Assembly (NCBI GenBank): GCA_031431875.1
Contig: JANPEF010000153.1
Span: forward strand, 32,001 to 96,000
Length of the DNA stretch: 64,000 nucleotides
Reading direction: 5' to 3'
Source: Candidatus Eiseniibacteriota bacterium
Lineage (GTDB): Bacteria; Eisenbacteria; RBG-16-71-46; DASYSL01
The translations under genes and the position numbers were made by a program. Below, in pieces: positions 38,303 to 45,302 of this stretch. The notes under the pieces are model-generated. The model was not told the origin of the DNA. It made no database searches and was given only the letters and a program-made list of their open reading frames with translations. Each line of letters starts with the position of its first letter. Positions within the stretch are counted from its first letter, which is position 1.

Positions 38303-39204
38303 TGCAGGGCGACCACGCGACGGGTCACCACGGTTCCGCCGCTGGCGGCTCGCAGCCAGTAGGCGCCCGCCGCCCTGCGGCTCCCGGTCTCGTCGAGACG
38401 GAAGACGACGCGCGCGGTCCCGCCTGCAGCGATGCCGTCGAAGAGCGTGGCGACTCGCCGTCCTCGCAGGTCATGGAGCGTCACCGTGACTGGAACATCG
38501 CCGCCCTCGGCGTCGGGGGGAACGCGCACGTCGACTCGGAGCGCCTCGCGGAACGGGTTGGGTGTGCCGGTGAGGGACAGCATCGGGCCGATGGAAAGCG
38601 GGGCATCGACCGTGCTGGTCACCAGCGAGTCGACCGCCCCGCGGATCTGGTCGAGGTGGTAGCGATTGCCGTGGGCCCACAGTGTCGAGGCGTAGTAGCG
38701 CACGATCCCCTGCTTGCTGATGACCGCGTAGTTGTCGTACGCCGGGACTCCGCCGTACAGGGTGTTGAGGTCGCCCCCGGTGGCCGAGCCGCCGAGCATC
38801 AGGAGGGGATAGGTCGTCCCCGTCGAGTTCTTGAACTGCTGTACCTGGGCGGTCGTTCCGTTGAACATGTCGACGCCCAGCACCTGGACCTGGCCGGGCG
38901 CCGCGCTCTGGTAGTGCTGCCAGAGGTCCAGCTCGACCGACGGACCGTCGGCCAGGCAGAAGGGTCAGCTATAGCCGAGGAGGAAGAGGACGACGACCTT
39001 GCCCGAGAAGCTGGCCAGGGAGACCGGGCCTCCCCCCAGCTCGGTCTTGGTGAAGTTGGGGGCGACCGAGCCGTGCACCACGGCGGCCGCGGCGGCGGGG
39101 ATCCCCGCCGGGGGGACCGCAGCCGATCCCAGGATGAGTCCCAGGGCGAGGAGCGGGCCGGCGACGAGTCGGTCGGCGGGTCGAGGACGGCGGTGGGGGC
39201 TCAT
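38299..39204 (-). CDS. Secreted redoxin-fold selenoprotein (UxxC) with C-terminal FlgD/T9SS-like domain; Sec at TGA 38965-38967
   Basis: ORFs 38965..39330 and 38299..38883 are in the same frame, and reading through gives 'APNFT...VSLASFSGKVVVLFLLGYS-U-PFC...VQVLGVD...TYPLL', where TGA occupies the first Cys of CxxC. C-terminal 'PNPF...LHDLRGRRVATL...AGAYWLR'. Confidence 0.85.
38935..38953 (-). promoter_or_regulatory. Putative bacterial SECIS element
   Basis: GGCCGACG-GUC-CGUCGGUC hairpin beginning 11 nt after the UGA, with G-U in the apical loop. Confidence 0.7.
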
Positions 39205-39314
39205 GACGGGGCTCCGGGCTCGGGAATTCGTACGGTTGATCCTGCGATCTGCCGAAGGTACGGGAGGGCAGTGGGCATTGTGACTCCGTCCGCCCTCGGG
39301 CGTCCGGTTTCGGC

Positions 39315-39341
39315 TCAAGCTCCTTTGCAACGTGCCGATGA
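39315..39341 (+). promoter_or_regulatory. Putative sigma28 (FliA) promoter of mglA
   Basis: TCAA-N15-GCCGATGA versus the consensus TAAA-N15-GCCGATAA. Confidence 0.7.
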
Positions 39342-39399
39342 CGGATGCGTCGGGGGAATGCGCCCCCGAAAACGGTTGCGATTCAGGGAGGAAACCGCC

Positions 39400-40542
39400 G
39401 TGGTCGTCGTCAGCTACTCGGGCAAGGAAATCAACGCCAAGCTGGTCTATTACGGCACCGGGCTTTCGGGCAAGACGACGAACCTCGAGGCCATCTACGA
39501 AGCCGTCCCCGACAACAGTCGCGGGAAGATGGTGTCGATGAAGACGCAGTCCGACCGCACCCTGTTCTTCGACCTGCTGCCGCTCGACCTGGGCGAGGTC
39601 ATGGGGTTCAAGACCCGCTTCCTCCTCTACACGGTTCCGGGCCAGGTCTTCTACAACGCCACGCGCAAGCTGGTGCTCAAGGGTGCCGATGCGATCGTGT
39701 TCGTCGCCGACTCCGAACGCGGCAAGATGGACGAGAACAAGGAGTCGCTGTCGAACCTCCGCGCCAACCTCGCGGAGTACAAGGTCAACCTCGACGACCT
39801 GCCGTGGGTGCTGCAGTACAACAAGCGCGACCTGCCCGACGTCTACACGGTCGAGGAACTGAATCGCGAGCTCAACCCGAGCAACGTCCCCTGGGTCGAA
39901 GGCGTGGCCACCAAGGGCACGGGCGTCCTCGAGACGTTCCGCCTGGTGAGCCAGATGCTGCTCGAGCGGGTGACCAAGGACCTGCGACGGTCGCCCTCGA
40001 CGACCGGCGCGCGCGAGGTGCCACGTCCCGCACCGGCCCAGTCGCCGAGTGCGCCGCAGGCGGCCTCGGCCGGTCCGGTGGCGATGCCGTCGTCGCCCCC
40101 ACCGCCGACGTTCCGCGCGACTGCCGCTCCGGTCGCGCCGCAGGCTCCGAGTCCGTTTGCGCCGCAGCCGGTCGCCGCCGCACCATTGTCGCCGCTGCCT
40201 GCCATCTCCATGCCGCAGGTCCCCGGCCTGGTCACCGGATCATCGCCCTTCACTCCGTCCAGCCGGGGAGAGATCGGGACGCACCCGGCCGCAGACCGTG
40301 CCGACCGGAACGCGCCTGCCCCACCGCCGCTGCGCAGCATGCAGAAGGAGGGCCCCGGGCCGGTCATGGACCTCGGGACGAACTTCCAGCGCAACATCCA
40401 GTTGCCCACCGAGGAGCGCCTGGCCCGTCCGGCGGTCGCGAGCGAGCCGCTGGTGGTGCCCATCACGCTCGACGGCTCGGTGCGGGAGATCGTCCTGCGC
40501 ATCGTCATCGAGCAGAAGGAGCGCGTCGACCGCGCCGCTTGA
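39400..40542 (+). CDS. mglA: MglA-family small GTPase with long Pro/Ala-rich C-terminal extension
   Basis: 'EINAKLVYYG.GLSGKTTNL', 'DRTLFFD.LPL', 'YTVPGQVFYNATRKLVLKG.D', 'QYNKRDL'; GGAGG RBS. Confidence 0.9.
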   Translation: MVVVSYSGKEINAKLVYYGTGLSGKTTNLEAIYEAVPDNSRGKMVSMKTQSDRTLFFDLLPLDLGEVMGFKTRFLLYTVPGQVFYNATRKLVLKGADAIVFVADSERGKMDENKESLSNLRANLAEYKVNLDDLPWVLQYNKRDLPDVYTVEELNRELNPSNVPWVEGVATKGTGVLETFRLVSQMLLERVTKDLRRSPSTTGAREVPRPAPAQSPSAPQAASAGPVAMPSSPPPPTFRATAAPVAPQAPSPFAPQPVAAAPLSPLPAISMPQVPGLVTGSSPFTPSSRGEIGTHPAADRADRNAPAPPPLRSMQKEGPGPVMDLGTNFQRNIQLPTEERLARPAVASEPLVVPITLDGSVREIVLRIVIEQKERVDRAA

Positions 40543-40621
40543 CACCCTGCCGTACCGGGGGCCAGACTCGCAGGGCGTGCCGGGATCTTCCCGGTGCGCC
40601 CTGAGTGCTTTCGGAGGAGCG

Positions 40622-41203
40622 ATGCGTTCGTCCTGCGCCGCCACCCTGTTCGTGCTTCTCCTCGTCGCCACGCCCGGGCATGCCCAGGGCGGGGCGGGCT
40701 TCCCGTCGACGGCGATCCCGTCGAGCGAGTCGTACTCCACGCCTCGGTCGACGAATCTCCTGCCGCGCTCGATCTTCGATCCCTCGCGGCTGACCATCTC
40801 GAACTCGATGGTCTTCGGCTACAGCTCGGGCGGATACGGCTTCAGCCCCGGCTCGGCCGGGCTGTTCACCTCGAGCCTCGGCTACCGCATCGCGAACAAC
40901 GCCGCCCTGCACGTCGACGTCGGCGCGCACATGAACCCCGCGTTCGGCGGCGGCGGCACCGAGAAGGGGATCTTCCTCCAGAGTGCGGCGTTCGACTGGC
41001 GCCCGACGCGCAACTCGCTGCTTCGCGTCGAGTACCGAGACATGCGCTCGCCGCTGCAGGCCGGCTACGGGTACGGCAACGCATACGGCTACGGCAACGG
41101 CTACGGAACGGGGCTCGGCGGGTGGGGCACGCCTTACGGCGCCAACCTCGGCGCGGGAGCTCCGCTCGGCGGCGGCCTGCCGGGCGATCCGCTGCGCAAC
41201 TGA
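40622..41203 (+). CDS. Hypothetical secreted protein with Gly/Tyr-rich tail
   Basis: Signal peptide, beta-rich core, 'GYGYGNAYGYGNGYG' tail; GGAGG RBS; upstream TTGACA-N18-CAGACT. Confidence 0.65.
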   Translation: MRSSCAATLFVLLLVATPGHAQGGAGFPSTAIPSSESYSTPRSTNLLPRSIFDPSRLTISNSMVFGYSSGGYGFSPGSAGLFTSSLGYRIANNAALHVDVGAHMNPAFGGGGTEKGIFLQSAAFDWRPTRNSLLRVEYRDMRSPLQAGYGYGNAYGYGNGYGTGLGGWGTPYGANLGAGAPLGGGLPGDPLRN

Positions 41204-41207
41204 GCGC

Positions 41208-42044
41208 GTGACGACGCGACCGCACTCCCTCCTCGAGACACGACTGCGGGGCCTGCGCGCCGAAGGGCGCGCGGGCCTCGTGCCGTTTCTCACCGCCGGC
41301 TATCCCGACCGCGCGATCAGCGCGCGCCTGCTCGTCGCCTGTGCGCGCGCGGGGGCGACCGCCATCGAACTGGGGCTGCCGTTCTCGGATCCGCTTGCCG
41401 ATGGCCCCGCGCTGCAGGAGGCCGCGCAGGTTGCGCTCGACGGTGGCACCACCGTGGCGCACGCCCTGGCGCTGGTGCGCGACTTCGCCGCGACGCCCCA
41501 GGGTGCTGCCGTTCCCATCGTGATCATGACCTACGCGAACCCGGTGCTCGCCTACGGGTTCGAGCGCTTCGCTCGCGATGCCGCCGCCGCCGGCGTCAAC
41601 GGCGTGATCGTGTCGGACCTGCCGCTCGAGGAGCGCGCGGACGTGTGGGCCGCCTTTGCCGCGGCGGGACTCGACACGATCCCGCTTGTCGCGCCGACGA
41701 CGGCGGCCGCGCGCGTGCCCGGGATCGCGGCGCGCGCCTCGGGCTTCGTCTACTGCCTGTCGCGCACGGGAGTGACCGGCGATGCGCGTGCCTTCGCCGG
41801 CGAGCTCGACGACCTGGTGCGCGCTGTGCGTCTCCACACCGACGTGCCGATCGGCATCGGCTTCGGCGTCGACGACGCGGCCAAGGCGCGCTTCGTCGCG
41901 CAGCGGGCCGAGGCGGTGATCGTGGGGGCGGCGGTGGCGCGGCGGATCGCTGTGGCGCGGGCGGCGGGGGGCGATGCGGTCGTCGCCGCCGTGGAGGCGT
42001 TCGTGGGCGACCTCGTCGCGGCGGTGGCGGGAGCCCGGCCCTAG
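41208..42044 (+). CDS. trpA: Tryptophan synthase alpha chain
   Basis: 'FLTAGYP', 'IELGLPFSDPLADGP', 'MTYANP', 'SRTGVTG', 'IGFGV'. Confidence 0.95.
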   Translation: MTTRPHSLLETRLRGLRAEGRAGLVPFLTAGYPDRAISARLLVACARAGATAIELGLPFSDPLADGPALQEAAQVALDGGTTVAHALALVRDFAATPQGAAVPIVIMTYANPVLAYGFERFARDAAAAGVNGVIVSDLPLEERADVWAAFAAAGLDTIPLVAPTTAAARVPGIAARASGFVYCLSRTGVTGDARAFAGELDDLVRAVRLHTDVPIGIGFGVDDAAKARFVAQRAEAVIVGAAVARRIAVARAAGGDAVVAAVEAFVGDLVAAVAGARP

Positions 42045-42069
42045 CGGTCACCGGGCCGCCCCCGGCGCA

Positions 42070-42106
42070 CAAAAGAGGGGAGCCGCGACAACCGCGCGGC
42101 TCCCCT
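42070..42106 (-). terminator. Intrinsic terminator (U-tract on minus strand; may also serve trpA)
   Basis: 12-bp stem AGGGGAGCCGCG/CGCGGCTCCCCT followed by CTTTTG on the minus strand. Confidence 0.75.
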
Positions 42107-42161
42107 GTTCAGTGTGACCCTTGCCACCCGGATCCTTCCAGGCGCCGTCGTTTCCGTCGGC

Positions 42162-42224
42162 CTAGCGCAACCACCAGAACAGGTCGGGCCAGGTCCACGC
42201 GAGATGATCGAGTTCGTCGAACAT
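42162..42224 (-). CDS. Putative 20-aa Trp-rich small protein MFDELDHLAWTWPDLFWWLR
   Basis: GGAGG 6 nt before ATG; GC-biased codons; flanked by a sigma28-type promoter and a terminator. Absent from the ORF track because of its size. Confidence 0.5.
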   Translation of the reverse strand: MFDELDHLAWTWPDLFWWLR

Positions 42225-42279
42225 CGTCGCCCTCCGTGAGACGGAATCGAGCGGAAGCGTTTCTCCCGCTCCACCCTCG

Positions 42280-42306
42280 TCATCGACCGGGCGGCGGGGG
42301 ACTTGA
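42280..42306 (-). promoter_or_regulatory. Putative sigma28 promoter of the micro-ORF/small RNA
   Basis: TCAA-N15-GTCGATGA on the minus strand. Confidence 0.6.
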
Positions 42307-42362
42307 GTGCAATCTGCGATTGGCTTCGAAATGATTCGAGGACTGTCTCCGAATGCGTTGTC

Positions 42363-44570
42363 TCAGAGGAACTTGAGGATCACGATCGTGCGGTCATCGG
42401 CCGGTCCGTCGCGGTGCCAGTCGGCGGCGGCGGCGAGCGCCCGGGCGGCAATCCGATCGGCCCGGAGGCCGCGATCGCGAGCGAGGACCTGGCCCAGGCG
42501 TTCGGGGTCGAACGGCGTGTCGCCCCGGAGGGCGTCGGTCAGACCGTCGGTGTAGAACGCGATCAGGCTGCCGCGCTCGAAGGTCCACTCGATCTCCTCG
42601 TAGGTCTCGCCCGAGGAGACGCCGAGGATCAGCCCGCCGTGCTCGACCTCCTCGTGGCGGCCGTCGGGGTGGACGACGATCGGCGGGTTGAGGCCCGCGT
42701 TTGCCCACGTCAGCGTGCGCCGCCGCGCGTCGAGCCGCGCGTAGGCGAGGCAGACGAACTTCTCGGGCTGGTGCAACTGCACCAGTTCCTCGTTGACGCG
42801 GACGAGTGCTGCGCCGGGGGCGAGGTCGTCGTCGACGCGGCTGCGCAGCCCTGCCTGGACGCCGGCGAGCAGCAGTGCCGCCGGCAGACCCTTGCCGCAG
42901 ACGTCGGCGATCGCCACGCCGAGCGTGCGCGGGCCGAGCGGGAGGAAGTCGTAGTAGTCGCCGCCGATCTCGCCGGCCGGCACGGTCGCGCCGGCCAGGT
43001 CGACGGTGGGGAGCACCGGTGCGGTGTGCGGCAGCAGGCGCTCCTGGATGCGGCGCGCCAGTTGCACGTCGCGCTCGAGCCCGGCGCGTTCGACCAGGCG
43101 ATCGTGGAGCACCGCGTTCTCGACGCGTGCCGACGCCTCGCGCGCGAACGCGGCCACCTGCTCGCGCTCGCCGGCGTCGAACCATGGACCCGACAGGCGG
43201 GGCCCGAGCGCGAGCACGGCGCGGCAGCGATCCTCGGCGAACAGCGGCACCAGCAGCGATGCGCCGTCCTCGCCGAGAGCGAGCTCGCCGGCCGTGAGCG
43301 GCGCGCGCGCCAGCGACAGCCGCTCGATCGCCGCCGCGGGCGGCGGATCGGCGAGGCGGCCGTGGCGCCTCGAGGCCTCGCCGTGCAGCGTCGCGAAGCG
43401 TGCAGCGCCGGCGGGGGAGACGGCGAACACCGCGCAGTGTTCGAGCCCGAGCGCGCGCACCAGCTCACCGGCCGCGTCGTCGAGCACCTGCGCCAGCGGC
43501 GCGAACGTGGCCGCAGCACTCACCGCGCCGGGTGTGCCGGGCTGCCGCGGCCGCTCGAAGCCAAAGCCGGCGCGCGGCCGCCCGCGCGGCAGCAGCGCGC
43601 CGCCGTCGAACACGCGATGGACGACGGTCGCGTAGCCGAAGCCCGCGGGCACGAGCAGAAGCCACAGCCCCGCGAAGTCCTCCCCCGGCCACGCGATTGC
43701 GGGCGCGACGTTCTTGGCCAGCGTCAGGAGTGCGAGCGGCACGAGCCCGAGCGTGACGCTCCACACGAGTGCGGTGAGACGCGGACGATGCTGCGCCGCA
43801 GCGCGCCGGTACCCGCCAACGAACGTGACGACGGCGGCGAGCACGGCGCCGCAGAGGAACAGCGCGGCGAGCGCTTCGTAAGCGCCGCCCGCGAGGAAGC
43901 GCGCGGCCGGCGCCGGCGCCATCCCGGAGCGCGACGACAGGTCGAGTCCGACGGCGAGGCCGAACAGCACGATGGCGCCGCCGTATCCGATCGCGGCGAG
44001 GCCGCGGCCCAGGCGTCCGGGTTGACCCTCGGGAAAGCGGGCGAAGAAGTCGACGAGCGCTGCCGGTAACAGCAGCGTGGCGAGCCCGCGCAAGGCCTCG
44101 AGCGCGGGGCCGCCCGGCGGACCGGCGAGCCACGCCGGTGCGACCGGATGGGGGGCGAGCGCCAGCGCGGCCGAGAACGCGAACAGCGCGAAGGCGAGGA
44201 CCAGGCGATCGCCGCGCGCCGCCAGGGCAACCGCGCCGACCAGCGCGAATGCGGCGGCGAGCACGAGAGTGACGATGGAACGGGCGCGTTCACTGGCGGC
44301 GGGTGCGGTGGCCGTGAGCGTGACCTCGCGATCACCGATGCGCGCGACGTAGGTCGCACCCGGAACGGCCGGGGGCGGGGCAGCGAGCCGGTCACCCACG
44401 GCGATGTCGGCGCGATCGGCCGCCCCGCCCCGGGTCACGGCCATGACGCGATCGCCGCGCAGGCGCACGCCCCAGCTGCCGCGCGACGGCAGCTCGAGCG
44501 CGACGGCGAGCACAATCAGTCCCGCCACAATGCCGTACCCCCACACGGAGGCCCGGAGGGAACGCGTCAT
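42363..44570 (-). CDS. Membrane-bound PP2C/SpoIIE (RsbU-like) phosphatase with PDZ-like, multi-TM and GAF-like regions
   Basis: 'ARRIQERLLP', 'IGGDYYDF', 'IADVCGKGLPAAL', 'NAG', 'YTDGLTD', 'DDRT'; N-terminal 'GGAADRADIAVGD' PDZ-like motif. Confidence 0.9.
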   Translation of the reverse strand: MTRSLRASVWGYGIVAGLIVLAVALELPSRGSWGVRLRGDRVMAVTRGGAADRADIAVGDRLAAPPPAVPGATYVARIGDREVTLTATAPAASERARSIVTLVLAAAFALVGAVALAARGDRLVLAFALFAFSAALALAPHPVAPAWLAGPPGGPALEALRGLATLLLPAALVDFFARFPEGQPGRLGRGLAAIGYGGAIVLFGLAVGLDLSSRSGMAPAPAARFLAGGAYEALAALFLCGAVLAAVVTFVGGYRRAAAQHRPRLTALVWSVTLGLVPLALLTLAKNVAPAIAWPGEDFAGLWLLLVPAGFGYATVVHRVFDGGALLPRGRPRAGFGFERPRQPGTPGAVSAAATFAPLAQVLDDAAGELVRALGLEHCAVFAVSPAGAARFATLHGEASRRHGRLADPPPAAAIERLSLARAPLTAGELALGEDGASLLVPLFAEDRCRAVLALGPRLSGPWFDAGEREQVAAFAREASARVENAVLHDRLVERAGLERDVQLARRIQERLLPHTAPVLPTVDLAGATVPAGEIGGDYYDFLPLGPRTLGVAIADVCGKGLPAALLLAGVQAGLRSRVDDDLAPGAALVRVNEELVQLHQPEKFVCLAYARLDARRRTLTWANAGLNPPIVVHPDGRHEEVEHGGLILGVSSGETYEEIEWTFERGSLIAFYTDGLTDALRGDTPFDPERLGQVLARDRGLRADRIAARALAAAADWHRDGPADDRTIVILKFL

Positions 44571-44655
44571 CGTTCCTCCTGACAGGAGCCCGTGCGGGGG
44601 CGGGGATCACCCTGCCGCCTGCGGGCGTGGCTGTCAAGGACGCGGGAACTTCCCC

Positions 44656-44683
44656 TCAAGCCCGCCCCGTGGGCTGCCGATCA
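44656..44683 (+). promoter_or_regulatory. Putative sigma28 promoter of csrA-flgM
   Basis: TCAAG-N15-GCCGATCA upstream of csrA. Confidence 0.65.
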
Positions 44684-44744
44684 CCCGGGCGAGGGGCGGA
44701 AGGGCCTGTGGACCCGATTCCGCCCCCGACCAGGGAGGTCCATC

Positions 44745-45011
44745 ATGTTGGTCCTGACAAGGAAGTTGGGCGAGAACATCCGCATCGGGGACGTGATCAA
44801 GATCACGGTCCTCGAAGTGCGCTCGGGCCAGGTGAAGCTCGGCATCGACGCGCCGCCGGAAGTGAAGGTGCATCGCGAGGAGATCTATGCGCGCATCCAG
44901 GCCGAAAATCGCCGGGCCGCAGCGACGTCGCCGGAGGCTCTCCGTGACGCCGCCCGGGATCTCCCCTGGTCGGCCGAAGAGCGCGGGCCGAAAGGACCTT
45001 CTCGACCCTGA
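44745..45011 (+). CDS. csrA: Carbon storage regulator CsrA (long, FliW-type C-terminus)
   Basis: '[49 protein letters not shown]'. Confidence 0.96.
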   Translation: MLVLTRKLGENIRIGDVIKITVLEVRSGQVKLGIDAPPEVKVHREEIYARIQAENRRAAATSPEALRDAARDLPWSAEERGPKGPSRP

Positions 45012-45048
45012 CCGCCGCGATCCGGTTCGCGGCCCGGGAAAACGGACC

Positions 45049-45246
45049 ATGAACCAGGACTCCAATCGCTCGCCCCGACTCGCCGTGCTGTCCCTCGTCG
45101 AAGCGATCGGCACGCCCGCCGCAGCCGTCCGTGCGGACCGCGTGCGCGCGGCGCGAGCCCGCGTCGACGGGGGCTACTACGATCGCATCGACGTCCGCCG
45201 AGCGCTCGTCGCCGCCCTGCTCGACCAGCTGGTCGCATCGTCCTAG
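45049..45246 (+). CDS. flgM: FlgM-like anti-sigma28 factor (short)
   Basis: 'VRADRVRAARARVDGGYY...LVAALL' resembles the FlgM C-terminal sigma-binding motif (R..KV..LK..I..G.Y). Confidence 0.65.
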   Translation: MNQDSNRSPRLAVLSLVEAIGTPAAAVRADRVRAARARVDGGYYDRIDVRRALVAALLDQLVASS

Positions 45247-45302
45247 CACCCACCGCACCTGCCGCCCGGTCCGCCGCACCTTTCTGCTAGACTGCGCGCG
45301 CC

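Noticed and set aside
38965..38967. TGA as a pseudogenising stop or a genome-wide alternative genetic code
   Set aside because: TGA ends many intact genes here; the position at the catalytic Cys plus the hairpin favours selenocysteine.
41063..41110. GGCTAC/GGCAAC short repeats
   Set aside because: Coding Gly-Tyr/Gly-Asn repeats; not a CRISPR or regulatory array.
42162..42224. Trp-rich micro-ORF as a trp attenuator leader peptide
   Set aside because: It lies downstream of and antisense to trpA, not upstream of any trp gene.
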